A stretch of 64,000 bases of DNA, taken from assembly GCA_964490765.1 (NCBI GenBank), contig CAZBDV010000004.1, positions 17,439 to 81,438 of the forward strand, written 5' to 3'. Under the pieces are notes generated by a model that was given only the letters and a program-made list of their open reading frames with translations, was not told where the DNA came from and did not search any database. The translations under genes were made by a program, and so were the position numbers. Below, piece after piece: positions 48,601 to 57,203 of the stretch (position 1 is its first letter; every line of letters begins with the position of its first letter). Source of the DNA: an uncultured Candidatus Cloacimonadota bacterium (GTDB taxonomy: Bacteria > Cloacimonadota > Cloacimonadia > Cloacimonadales > JAJBBL01).

Positions 48601-49006
48601 GGAGAGTTTCTTTGATTACTTTGACCGCTTCGTGCTGTTGATTATTGGCTATCAGCGCAATATAGGACTGTACATCGACTTGATTGGGGCAGGCCAGCTT
48701 GCAAGGTGCTTCACAATCCGCGTAATGATCAGACAGCAGTAGTTCAAGAGCCATTTTACGTGCTCGATGAATCTCTGGAGAATCGGTTATGATCTCCATC
48801 CCTTCTATTACTTCAGTTCCACAGGAAGTAACGAACCCTCGTCTTCCCTTAACCTGAACTGAGCAGACCCAGCAGGAACCGAATGGTTTTAACTCTTCAT
48901 CGTGACAGAGAGTAGGAATATCAATACCATTTTCTCTGGCCACTTCCAGGATAGTTTTTCCCTTTTCTACCTCAATTTCTTTACCGTTGAGTATAATTTT
49001 TAACAT
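45605..49006 (-). CDS. fused [2Fe-2S] + GltD-like NAD(P)H flavin oxidoreductase + 2x[4Fe-4S] + truncated molybdopterin-oxidoreductase-like subunit (StnC/SfrBA-like)
   Basis: Start ATG 49006 (MLKIILNGKEIEV, GGGAGAG RBS). The upstream 29 codons of the ORF overlap the preceding gene. Motifs in order: CHDEELKPFGSCWVCSV; CPNQ...CPAFCEKEC; IVGAGPSGL; VVGGGNTAIDCAR; CIKCGRCVRIC; CEACGKCITVCP; CGLCGTGCSISV. About 400 aa of tail follow. Confidence 0.7.
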   Translation of the reverse strand: MLKIILNGKEIEVEKGKTILEVARENGIDIPTLCHDEELKPFGSCWVCSVQVKGRRGFVTSCGTEVIEGMEIITDSPEIHRARKMALELLLSDHYADCEAPCKLACPNQVDVQSYIALIANNQQHEAVKVIKETLPLPLSIGRVCPAFCEKECRRSLVDEPLAIRQLKRYCADEDLNDYWSYVPPKEDPKGKKIAIVGAGPSGLTCGYYLSNKGYDVTLFEAAPEPGGWLRYGIPEYRLPKDILRKEIELMCSNGMMIQTGQKLGVDFSLSQLSKDYDAVYLAIGAQKAVPMKVKGSDLHGCYLGVDYLRDFALGKDIKTGKRVAVVGGGNTAIDCARTARRLGAEVTIVYRRTRKEMPAESYEIDAAEEEGINLHLLTNPVEYIGDDQGVKEVVLEKMKLGQPDTSGRRRPEPTGEFFKEEFDTVIAAISQIPDIDCFADEENKIGGKTLPLTRWSTAEVDEKLFFTGLHNVFAGGDFRLGPSTAIEAIADGRFAAENIDIFLEKGYIDSSLLSSPLFTSKRADKLSQMEDLLYKLYPKASRVNMPELDPTERSKNFAEVETGFTEEEAITEAERCLECGCMVNYRCALRDRATEYGVDDRLFFGDKNQHPIDETHPFILRDPNKCIKCGRCVRICAEVQGAGVLGYIYRGFVAEVAPEFGDSLTKTGCEACGKCITVCPVGALTEKNKTIKPYPREDDVVEQSCGLCGTGCSISVHQSLGNVSYISHPEEQDFNRRNICFYGKFGWQAIAAPQKVNEPMLKTDKGWEIISWTTASAIIKEKLKEAKKKRFLVSPHNTNEELLLMKELADKYESTLVSSSYKRIFSDDILQERRNNISYEDLSKTENIVIVGEISHTLRTVCRYHQRENKRLILINDNDNRFNQFADQLYNSQNLLQGLQKFHDESSGKLSPRTLFIYNRNHLDENIIKAIWDFGVEVCDFSEGSGILETSDWNNLHGFRILDVKELDAPVESDFLFVYSDSIPELSIRSRSCFIVALDTHLDKNLPANLILPKPTYLEIDGSIFSDDGMKRLLKNPTKSLTFPAMLQILFEAGLISMERVEPSIWKNRVENLLESIPKKQNFDKDYLHNSLQKSKIRGVKATPVNLPIWKYLRELHETCKIDHTEDDAVGL

Positions 49007-49025
49007 TACGTAACTCTCCCAAAGC

Positions 49026-50810
49026 TTATTTCTTGATGATGGCGTTGAATTTACAGGAATCGAGACAAACGCCGCATTTGATACATTTATCAATGTCTAT
49101 ATAATGAACTTTTTTTACCTCACCACTGATGGCATCGACAGGACACTTACGGGCACACACAGTGCAACCTACACATTTTTCGGGAATGATTTCATATTTA
49201 ATCATAGCTGTACAGACACCGGCAGGGCATCTTTTCTCTTCGATATGAGCCAGGTATTCATCACGGAAGTAGCGGATGGTTGTTAGAACGGGGTTAGGTG
49301 CAGTCTGTCCCAGTCCGCAAAGAGAACTGCTGATAATATTTTCTGCCAGCTCTTCCAGAAGATCAAGGTCCTGCAGTTCTCCTTTACCTTCGCAAATCTT
49401 GGTCAAAATTTCCAGCATTCTTTTGGTTCCGATCCGGCAGAATGTACATTTACCACAGGATTCGTTCTGGGTAAAATTAAGGAAGAATCGTGCTACATCT
49501 ACCATGCAGGTTCCCTGATCCATAACGACCATCCCACCAGAGCCCATAATAGCTCCGGTCTTATTGATAGAATCGTAATCTACGAGTGTATCGAGCAGAG
49601 AAGAGGGGATACAACCCCCAGAGGGGCCACCCATCTGTACTGCTTTAAAAGGCTTGTCAGTCTTCATTCCACCACCTACCTCATAGATGACTTCCCTGAG
49701 TGACATACCCATCGGGACCTCTATCAATCCGCTGTTTTTAATCTTTCCCGCCAGGGCAAAGACCTTTGTCCCCTTACTCTTCTCCGTCCCGTAAGCGGCA
49801 AAAGTATCGGCACCGTTCAGTATGATCCATGGTATATTAGCATATGTTTCGACATTATTAATATTGGTAGGTTTACCCCAGAGTCCTGACTGAGCCGGGA
49901 ACGGAGGACGGATATTGGGCATTCCTCTTTTCCCTTCCACTGAGGCCATCAGTGCAGTTTCCTCACCACAGACGAAGGCACCTGCACCCTCTTTGATATG
50001 AAGGGTAAAGTTGAAAGGTTTACCGAGTATATTTTTTCCGAGATATCCTCTCTCTTCTGCAGCCCTGATTGCAATTCGCAAATGCTTGATTGCCAGAGGA
50101 TATTCTGCCCTGACATATATGTATCCCTCATCTGCACCGATGGTAAAGGCGGCAATAAGAAGACCCTCCAGAATACTATGCGGGTCGCCCTCCAGTATGC
50201 TCCTGTCCATGAAAGCACCTGGATCTCCTTCATCCGCATTACAGACGACATATTTTTTATCTCCCGCTGCCCGGCGAGCGAACTCCCACTTCAGGCCGGT
50301 AGGGAATCCAGCACCACCTCTTCCGCGAAGGCCCGAACTCTTTATATTCTCAATAACTTTTTCCGGGCTCATTTCATTCAATACTTTTTCCAGAGCTTTA
50401 TATCCCTCTCTGCTGATGTAGTCATCTATTGATACAGGGTCTATTATTCCAGCATTTCGAAGCACGATCCTCTTCTGTCTGGTGTAGTTATTATCTTCTA
50501 GTCCGGTTTTTTTCGAATTCAATATTGTGTGTTCAGGCATCTCTCTGTCAGTCAGGAAGGAATCGATTATATCGTTCACCTTATCCGGTTCTACTCCACC
50601 GTAGAGAGTGAACCTTTTATCATCTTCAATGAGTTCGACGAGTGGTTCCATAGCGCAATAACCGATACAACCGGTCTTCTTCAATTCTATTTTGCCCTCT
50701 ATTACGGCAGGTGATTTTTTTAATGCTTCATAAACTGCATCAGCACCGGCAGCCAGTCCACAGCTAGCCATTCCCACTTTCACTGTTATCTTGCTCAATT
50801 TTTCCTCCAA
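49026..50810 (-). CDS. NuoF/HydB-like NADH-binding FMN Fe-S subunit
   Basis: N-terminal thioredoxin-like 2Fe-2S region (ASCGLAAGA...GCIGYCAMEP). GLRGRGGAGFPTGLKW (FMN/NADH site). ESCGKCTFCR (N3 cluster). C-terminal 2x CxxCxxCxxxCP. The start is uncertain: TTG 50810, TTG 50798 after GGAGGA, or ATG 50771. Confidence 0.9.
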   Translation of the reverse strand: MEEKLSKITVKVGMASCGLAAGADAVYEALKKSPAVIEGKIELKKTGCIGYCAMEPLVELIEDDKRFTLYGGVEPDKVNDIIDSFLTDREMPEHTILNSKKTGLEDNNYTRQKRIVLRNAGIIDPVSIDDYISREGYKALEKVLNEMSPEKVIENIKSSGLRGRGGAGFPTGLKWEFARRAAGDKKYVVCNADEGDPGAFMDRSILEGDPHSILEGLLIAAFTIGADEGYIYVRAEYPLAIKHLRIAIRAAEERGYLGKNILGKPFNFTLHIKEGAGAFVCGEETALMASVEGKRGMPNIRPPFPAQSGLWGKPTNINNVETYANIPWIILNGADTFAAYGTEKSKGTKVFALAGKIKNSGLIEVPMGMSLREVIYEVGGGMKTDKPFKAVQMGGPSGGCIPSSLLDTLVDYDSINKTGAIMGSGGMVVMDQGTCMVDVARFFLNFTQNESCGKCTFCRIGTKRMLEILTKICEGKGELQDLDLLEELAENIISSSLCGLGQTAPNPVLTTIRYFRDEYLAHIEEKRCPAGVCTAMIKYEIIPEKCVGCTVCARKCPVDAISGEVKKVHYIDIDKCIKCGVCLDSCKFNAIIKK

Positions 50811-50901
50811 AAAACTTTAGCTGTACGATTTGCTATTACTTATCGCCTTCACTGTTCATTTCCCACAGGTATTCAGAACATGAAATGGCAATAACCTGAT
50901 A

Positions 50902-51357
50902 TTAATAAGAAGAGATAATTTCTGCGATCCTGTCGGGATTGAGTTTTCCATAGGTAGTCTTATCGACCATGATGACTGGTGCGAGGCTGCAACAACCGAG
51001 ACAGGCAACTTCCAGGACAGTAAATTTGTTGTCTTCAGTTGTATCTTCTCCTGCAGCGAGTTTCAGTTCGTTTCTCAGTGCATTCATAAGAGTATTCGCT
51101 CCAGAAACGTGGCAGGCTGTACCCTTGCAGACACGGATCGTGTGTTTTCCCTGCGGTTTAAGCCGGAACATCGTATAGAAGGTGGCCACACCAAAGATCT
51201 CGGCAGCACTGACTCCGGTTTTATCTGCGACATATTGCATTGTATCTCTGGAGAGATACCCCTCCAATTCCTGGATCTCTTGCAGAAGCGGTATTAGAAT
51301 ACCCTTGCCGGATCCATATTTGTCAATAATAGCATCGATATTGCCTCTCTCTTTCAT
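50902..51357 (-). CDS. NuoE/HydC-like [2Fe-2S] subunit
   Basis: 151 aa. VCKGTACHVSG and ACLGCCSLAP are the four-Cys thioredoxin-like ferredoxin motif of NuoE/HydC. Confidence 0.9.
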   Translation of the reverse strand: MKERGNIDAIIDKYGSGKGILIPLLQEIQELEGYLSRDTMQYVADKTGVSAAEIFGVATFYTMFRLKPQGKHTIRVCKGTACHVSGANTLMNALRNELKLAAGEDTTEDNKFTVLEVACLGCCSLAPVIMVDKTTYGKLNPDRIAEIISSY

Positions 51358-53267
51358 CTCTGCTCCTTATTATCGTTCATCAGGGAAGATAAATTTTCCC
51401 AGCGTTCGAGATTTTCAAGATATTTTTTCTCTATTTCCATTAATTCCTGTGAGATCTTGAGGAAATCTTCAGGTTTGAGTTCAGCTGCTTCACTGGATAT
51501 CCTGTCGTCCAATTCCTGTTTTCTATTCTCCAGTTCTGTCAAACTCTTTTCCAGTAATCCCATCTCCCGCACATCTTTATAAGAAGGTTTGGTCTTATTT
51601 TTCTCTGCTCGTCTGTTGCTCTTTGTTCCGCTAACCGGGGTTACCGGTTCTTTATTCATCTCGGTAAAATATTTCTTAACCAGTAGATAATCGGAATAAC
51701 TTCCGGCAAATTTTCTTATCTTAGAGCCATCAAAAATGAAGAGGTAATCTACAGTTCGGTCAAGAAAGAAGCGATCGTGCGAAACGACGAGCAGACATCC
51801 ATCAAAAGAGTCGAGATAATCTTCCAGAATCTCTAGTGTTCTGATATCAAGATCGTTAGTAGGTTCATCGAGAATGATGAAATTCGCACCGAAGATTAGC
51901 GATTTAAGGAGTTGTAACCTTTTTTTCTCGCCTCCGGAGAGGGTTGATACCTTCCGTTGCTGTTCTTTACCACTGAAATTAAAACGTTCCAGTATTTCAC
52001 TGACATGATGAACCTTTCCGTCAGAAGTTCTGATATTCTCACACATACTCTTGATGTAGTCGGCCACGGTAATAGTACTGGGTATTTCTTTCGGTTGCTG
52101 TTCAAAGAGGGCAAAGCGGGTGTTAACCCCGATTTTGACAGAGCCGTTATCCGGCTTAATCTGCCCGGAAAGGATTCTGAGCAGTGTTGTCTTTCCGCTT
52201 CCGTTATTACCGATAATCCCGATTCTCTCCTGCTTTTGAAAGACATGGGAGAAATTCTGAAAGAGCGGTTTATCATAACTTTTAGAAATATTTCCGATTT
52301 CCAGTATCTTTTTCCCGAGCCTGTGTGTGGGGAAGGTTAATTCGATATCCCTGTCATCGGTCAGGTAGGACTTGTCGAGAAGTTCCATTACCCGGTCAAC
52401 ATGATCTTTAGGTTTCGATGTTCTCGCCTTTGCTCCCCTTGACAGCCATTTCAATTCCTTTCTCAGTTGGACGGTACGTCGTTCTTCCTGTTTCTCTCTC
52501 TCCTTGATCCGTAACTCTTTCTGCTGCAGATAAAAGCTATAATTTCCTTTGTAATTATGAAGCTTTCCCTCCTCGATCTCAATGATTCGCGTACTGACGG
52601 TATCAAGGAAATAGCGATCATGTGTTACAAAGATCACGGTTCCCGGATAGTTAATCAGATAGTCCTGTAACCATTCGATAATATCAGTATCGAGATGATT
52701 AGTTGGTTCATCAAGAAGCAGCAAATGCGGATTACTGGTCAGAGTTCTGGCCAGATCGATCTTTCTGGCCTGGCCTCCTGAGAGGATAGCAGTCCTGATA
52801 TCGTAGCGATCGAAACCGAGCTTATTGAGAATTGCTGTTGCTCTGTGTTCTACCGACCAGACACCCTTCCGTTCTATCTCTCCATAGAGCTGCTGTTGTT
52901 CCTGTAATAATTCTCTGTCGTAATCTTTCGCCAGATTCTCCGATAATGTGTGGTATTTGCGTAAGAGTGAGAATTCGGGATTATCGCTATTATAGATATG
53001 CCCGAAGAGAGTTGTCTCAGGGTCGATGTCAGGTTCCTGAGGAAGATAATCGCTTGTAAGTTCTCGTTTCCGGGAGATAGTACCACTGTCGGGATCTTCA
53101 ATACCGGCAATCAGATTCAATAGTGTAGTCTTACCAGTTCCGTTGTTCCCGATCAGGCCGATACGTTCACCAGCTGATATACCGAAAGTCACATCCTTAA
53201 GTATGAAACGTTCAGTATACCTTTTACTGATATCAACTCCGGAAATAATGGTCTCTACTCTATTCAA
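51354..53267 (-). CDS. ABC-F family ATPase (Uup/EttA-type, two ABC domains, no TMD)
   Basis: Two Walker A sites (GNNGTGKTT, GNNGSGKTT), two LSGG signatures, and a C-terminal coiled-coil tail. TTG start after AAGGA. The stop overlaps the nuoE-like ATG (ATGA). Confidence 0.9.
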   Translation of the reverse strand: MNRVETIISGVDISKRYTERFILKDVTFGISAGERIGLIGNNGTGKTTLLNLIAGIEDPDSGTISRKRELTSDYLPQEPDIDPETTLFGHIYNSDNPEFSLLRKYHTLSENLAKDYDRELLQEQQQLYGEIERKGVWSVEHRATAILNKLGFDRYDIRTAILSGGQARKIDLARTLTSNPHLLLLDEPTNHLDTDIIEWLQDYLINYPGTVIFVTHDRYFLDTVSTRIIEIEEGKLHNYKGNYSFYLQQKELRIKEREKQEERRTVQLRKELKWLSRGAKARTSKPKDHVDRVMELLDKSYLTDDRDIELTFPTHRLGKKILEIGNISKSYDKPLFQNFSHVFQKQERIGIIGNNGSGKTTLLRILSGQIKPDNGSVKIGVNTRFALFEQQPKEIPSTITVADYIKSMCENIRTSDGKVHHVSEILERFNFSGKEQQRKVSTLSGGEKKRLQLLKSLIFGANFIILDEPTNDLDIRTLEILEDYLDSFDGCLLVVSHDRFFLDRTVDYLFIFDGSKIRKFAGSYSDYLLVKKYFTEMNKEPVTPVSGTKSNRRAEKNKTKPSYKDVREMGLLEKSLTELENRKQELDDRISSEAAELKPEDFLKISQELMEIEKKYLENLERWENLSSLMNDNKEQR

Positions 53268-53331
53268 ATTTTTTGTCCTTTTCTCTCCATAATCGTTTGT
53301 GCAAAAAAGAATGCCGACTGCTGATTGTCTA

Positions 53332-53368
53332 TAAAAAAATGGACACGGGACAAAATTTCTCCGTGTGC
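53332..53368 (-). terminator. candidate rho-independent terminator after the 190-aa gene
   Basis: The minus strand reads CACACGG...CCGTGT (6-bp core stem, 12-nt loop) followed by a T7 run (plus-strand A7 at 53333-53339). Confidence 0.5.
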
Positions 53369-53456
53369 TGGTGCAAAATTCCCCTTCCTCTCGCGCAGAG
53401 GATTGGGTAATATAATTGTAGATTGATCTCTCAAAGTGGTATTCACGACCAGTGGA

Positions 53457-54029
53457 TCAGTTCTGCCAAACACCAAAACCGAGTTTTTTCAGATGGGAGG
53501 CCAGTTCTGTTTCCATCAGTGCTGCCAGTTCATATGGCATGGGGTTGTAGTGTTGGAACTCTTCATAGAGTAGTCTCATTCCATATTTATGTGGGAAGTA
53601 GGATGACTTGTATCCTTTCTGGTGGTTTTCGAACCGTATTTCTGGTGTGAGTCCTGTCAGCCCTACATAGACACACGGTTTTGCAGGGATATACTGCGGA
53701 TTAGCTTTCTGGAACTTCCGGTTTTTGAGGACAACCGGGTTGAGTTCGATGACATAGACATTATGATGTCCTGCTGGGAGCCTGTTGTAGATAAGAAGTT
53801 CCCGTTCCAGGAAATCGAGTATCCTGTTACGGATTTTACCCTTCTTTACCCTTAACAACTCTACGTATTGAGTAAAGAGTAGTTTTTTCCCCGCCCAGCA
53901 GAAGTAAACATTCACTTTCCCTTCAAGGTCATCATTGAGAACCAGGCCAGGACCCCATTCCTTTTTTCTGGGGTATTCTACTCTATCACCCCTGCGTAAC
54001 GGACTCCTCATATTATTTCCAGTCTGCAA
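53457..54029 (-). CDS. hypothetical two-domain protein (N-terminal DUF3553-like; C-terminal conserved unknown)
   Basis: 190 aa. GDRVEYPRKKEWGPGLVL...VYF resembles the small DUF3553 beta domain. The C-terminal VYVIEL...CVYVGLTGLTPEIRFENHQKGYK is vaguely GIY-YIG-like. The start is TTG 54029 or ATG 54011. Confidence 0.45.
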   Translation of the reverse strand: MQTGNNMRSPLRRGDRVEYPRKKEWGPGLVLNDDLEGKVNVYFCWAGKKLLFTQYVELLRVKKGKIRNRILDFLERELLIYNRLPAGHHNVYVIELNPVVLKNRKFQKANPQYIPAKPCVYVGLTGLTPEIRFENHQKGYKSSYFPHKYGMRLLYEEFQHYNPMPYELAALMETELASHLKKLGFGVWQN

Positions 54030-54086
54030 GAACTCAAAAGCTAATCAGCTCGTAAACTGATAATGAACAGGATGGATACGAGCTCG

Positions 54087-54731
54087 CTATCGTTCTCCTT
54101 CCGGTTGGTCTGGAGGCCAGATATATTTATGGAGCTGGAGTTGTAATCTCACAGGTAACCTGTCTTTGATTATCCAATCAGCCAGCAGGTCAGGATTCAA
54201 TCTCGAAGTAACGGGAGAGAAGAGTATTGGCATTTCCGGTAGCTGGTTGTCTTGCAGAATTTTTTTTGCGAAATGATAGTCCTCGTGGTCAGAGAGAACG
54301 AATTTAAGTTCATCACGTGGTGTAAGGTATTGGATATTATCTTGCAAAAAAGAGCTTGCCTGCAAGCTGCCCGGACATTTAATATCGACAATCTTCACCA
54401 CGAATTCCGGTACCTCTGCTAAAAGTAGGGATCCGTTGGTCTCCAGCAGTATACTATATCCCTCTCTGTGTATAAGATGGAAAAGCTGGTATATACCTTC
54501 CTGCAGGAGTGGTTCGCCTCCGGTGATTTCAACCAGCCTGACAGGCTGGAAGCGTGTTATCTCCTTGACTATTTTATCAGGTGGAAGTGAAAAGGATTTT
54601 TCGTAACTATATTGTGTGTCACAGTATGAACAGCGGAGGTTACAGCCGGCAAAACGGATAAAGATGCAGGGAAGGCCTGCCCGGGTAGATTCTCCCTGTA
54701 TGGAGAGAAATATTTCACTGAGATCTATCAT
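54087..54731 (-). CDS. queE: 7-carboxy-7-deazaguanine synthase (radical SAM)
   Basis: IFLSIQGESTRAGLPCIFIRFAGCNLRCSYCDT is the canonical QueE N-terminus (CxxxCxxC with preceding QGE). 214 aa. Confidence 0.88.
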   Translation of the reverse strand: MIDLSEIFLSIQGESTRAGLPCIFIRFAGCNLRCSYCDTQYSYEKSFSLPPDKIVKEITRFQPVRLVEITGGEPLLQEGIYQLFHLIHREGYSILLETNGSLLLAEVPEFVVKIVDIKCPGSLQASSFLQDNIQYLTPRDELKFVLSDHEDYHFAKKILQDNQLPEMPILFSPVTSRLNPDLLADWIIKDRLPVRLQLQLHKYIWPPDQPEGER

Positions 54732-55942
54732 TGTTGAAAAGGGAGGTAGGGTAGCCTTTTAGAGTATCCGAGGATATTCTCTATTTCTTCTATAATCTTT
54801 TCCGGATGACCGATAACGAATCGTTTGATACCATCTTTTGAGTAGAAGTAATAATCTTCATCGTAGATGTCAAAATGAGCAAGAAGATCCCGGAGACCAT
54901 AGAGAGGGATACCTTTATGAACGAGTAAGAGGACATCATCATTAGTGACAGTCATAAGGTTTTCGAAAGGATCTTTCTTATGTGCTCTCAGCAGTAACAG
55001 CGAGTCATTACTCTTTTCTGTCAGTTTACTGTTTTTTTGCGGTAGTTGAAGCGCCCGGACTGCATTTTCGCTGATCATGCGGTAAATCGTCTGGATTGGG
55101 ATAAGGGGGAATTTGTTGTGAACGGACTGAATTTCCTGCAGCAGGTTGATCGAGCCAGAGAACGTGGAATCGGTTCCGATAACCACATTGACCCCTTCGC
55201 TCAGGCAGGTATTGATATCGATTGTCTCGCCTATCAGTTGCAGATTGGAGGTCAATGCCCAGCAAATCGAGACACCGGCCTCTGCACAATCCCTGATCTC
55301 TTCCCTGGTCAAAGATATTCCGTGGATGATAAGAGTGTTGGGTTGAAGCAACCCGAGTTCTTTCAACTTTGAGAATTCACTACTCGACTCTCGGTCAGTT
55401 CCTTCGCCAATATGAACGATGAAGGGTTCGGTACCACCGGTAGCTTTCCATTCCTCTACAGGGTCTTCACCACCCCAGAAATTGCCGAGACTTATGGAAT
55501 GACACTGTCTATAATTGCGAATTATTTCGATGGGGAACATTTCATAGTAACTCTTCTTCTGCTGGGGAGCATGATCCTGAACTATGCTTACACCAGAGAA
55601 GAGGTTTTTGTAACCACCGAGCAGAGAGAGTAGTTTCCCCTTACCTTTCATGAAATCCATCGGAAGAGTATTGCGAAATACTTGATCCCGCTCTTTTACC
55701 GGAGCGGTATCGCGCATTTCCTTAACCCAGATATTGGCATTTTTGAAAGTATGCTCGATCGCTGGAGGATACCAGTTGCCAATCAGGTGATCGTGGGAGT
55801 TGATAAACGGTCTCAATGCATGACAGTCCTTCAGTAGCACCGTGCTGTTAATATCGTTCAGAAGTCTGCTTCGGAGTTCAATAACAGCCCGATTTCTGAT
55901 GGTATCAGCATCTAACAGAGCCGTATCAACAATGAATTTCAT
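54728..55942 (-). CDS. amidohydrolase-superfamily metal-dependent hydrolase, substrate unknown
   Basis: The metal-ligand pattern is in the correct order: INSHDH (HxH), HIGEG, IHGISL, GTDS. 404 aa. A 4-nt overlap with the queE start. Confidence 0.75.
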   Translation of the reverse strand: MKFIVDTALLDADTIRNRAVIELRSRLLNDINSTVLLKDCHALRPFINSHDHLIGNWYPPAIEHTFKNANIWVKEMRDTAPVKERDQVFRNTLPMDFMKGKGKLLSLLGGYKNLFSGVSIVQDHAPQQKKSYYEMFPIEIIRNYRQCHSISLGNFWGGEDPVEEWKATGGTEPFIVHIGEGTDRESSSEFSKLKELGLLQPNTLIIHGISLTREEIRDCAEAGVSICWALTSNLQLIGETIDINTCLSEGVNVVIGTDSTFSGSINLLQEIQSVHNKFPLIPIQTIYRMISENAVRALQLPQKNSKLTEKSNDSLLLLRAHKKDPFENLMTVTNDDVLLLVHKGIPLYGLRDLLAHFDIYDEDYYFYSKDGIKRFVIGHPEKIIEEIENILGYSKRLPYLPFQQ

Positions 55943-55948
55943 GTATTC

Positions 55949-57136
55949 TTACTCATTAGCCTGTAATTTCTTGGTTAATAGTGGTATAATCTCGAACAGA
56001 TCACCAACTATCCCGAAATCGGCTATCTTGAAGATAGGGGCATCTCTATCCTTATTGATAGCTATAATATAATCGGAGGACTGCATTCCAGCCAGGTGCT
56101 GGATGGCACCAGAGATCCCTGCTGCTATATAGATACGCGGTTTTATGGTCTTGCCCGTCTGACCAACCTGATGCGGATAGGTGATCCATTCGGCATCAAC
56201 TGCTGCCCTGGAAGCACCAACAGCAGCTCCTAATGTTTTCGCCAGCTCTTCGATGATTGCGAAGTTCTTCTTTTCTTTCAATCCTCTCCCGCCTGAGACG
56301 ACAAAATTTGCCTCGACCAGGTTGAGGGTCTGTGTTATATCTTTCGTAAATGATAGGAAATCGGTCTCTGTATCAAAATCTTCAAAGGCAATCGTCTCGC
56401 TGATGACTGTACCGGATCTTTCACTGTTACGGGGTAGTGGATTCATCACCTTATGCCTGACAGTAGCCATCTGCGGTCTGTGATTAGGTGTCAGAATAGT
56501 GGCCATAATATTACCCCCGAAGGCAGGTCTGGTCTGCAATAAATTGCCAGTCTCTTCATCGATATCGAGTCCCGTGCAGTCAGCAGTTAATCCAGTCTTG
56601 AGCTCTACAGCAACTCTCGGTATGAATGATCTTCCGATCACACTGGCTCCCGCCAGGATAATTTCAGGTTTGTATTTTTCAGCCAGGGTAGTAAAGGCCC
56701 TGGTGTATGTCTGATCAACAAAGTGTTGCAGTTCTGCATCGTCAACTATAATGACCTTATCTGCACCATGTTCGATAAGTTCTTCGGTAAGATGGTCAAC
56801 CTGATATCCGAGTAAAACTGCTGTTAACTCGCATTCCCGGATTGCCGCCAGTTCACTCCCTTTACCAAGCAGTTCAAACACTACCGGGGCTAGCACCCCT
56901 TCACGCTGCTCTGCATAAACCCAGACACCTTTATAGTCCTTCTTATCAATCATCTCTTTCTGCTCTTTTCTAATAAAAATCGCTTCAAAAGGGCAGGCAG
57001 AGACACAGGCACCACATAGCGTACATTTGTCTGTGTTGATCTCAGCAGTCTTATCTTCGATTACTATTGCATCATAGGCACACGCTTTCAAGCAGAGTCC
57101 ACATCCTGTACACTTGTTAATTATTACTTCAATCAT
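55949..57136 (-). CDS. etfA: electron transfer flavoprotein alpha subunit with N-terminal 2x[4Fe-4S] ferredoxin domain
   Basis: Start ATG 57136 (MIEVIINKCTGCGLC, GGAGA RBS). CTGCGLCLKAC and CTLCGACVSACP. EtfA FAD-domain motifs VVSGGRG, GASRAAVDAEW and QVGQTGKTIKPRIYIAAGISGAIQH. Confidence 0.85.
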   Translation of the reverse strand: MIEVIINKCTGCGLCLKACAYDAIVIEDKTAEINTDKCTLCGACVSACPFEAIFIRKEQKEMIDKKDYKGVWVYAEQREGVLAPVVFELLGKGSELAAIRECELTAVLLGYQVDHLTEELIEHGADKVIIVDDAELQHFVDQTYTRAFTTLAEKYKPEIILAGASVIGRSFIPRVAVELKTGLTADCTGLDIDEETGNLLQTRPAFGGNIMATILTPNHRPQMATVRHKVMNPLPRNSERSGTVISETIAFEDFDTETDFLSFTKDITQTLNLVEANFVVSGGRGLKEKKNFAIIEELAKTLGAAVGASRAAVDAEWITYPHQVGQTGKTIKPRIYIAAGISGAIQHLAGMQSSDYIIAINKDRDAPIFKIADFGIVGDLFEIIPLLTKKLQANE

Positions 57137-57203
57137 CAGTTCTCCATTATCTATCGTGTTATTTTTATCTTTCAGTTCTGCCTTTCCTGAATCACTATAG
57201 GTT

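Noticed and set aside
49007-49093. 29-codon N-terminal extension of the StnC-like ORF, which makes it overlap the NuoF-like gene by 68 nt.
   Set aside because: The internal ATG at 49006 has a GGGAGAG RBS and begins MLKIILNGKEI, the normal start of 2Fe-2S NuoG/HydA-type N-termini.
53264-53476. 70-aa minus-strand ORF between the 190-aa gene and the ABC-F gene.
   Set aside because: It runs through the hairpin + T7 terminator-like element and the ABC-F RBS. It is most likely non-coding.
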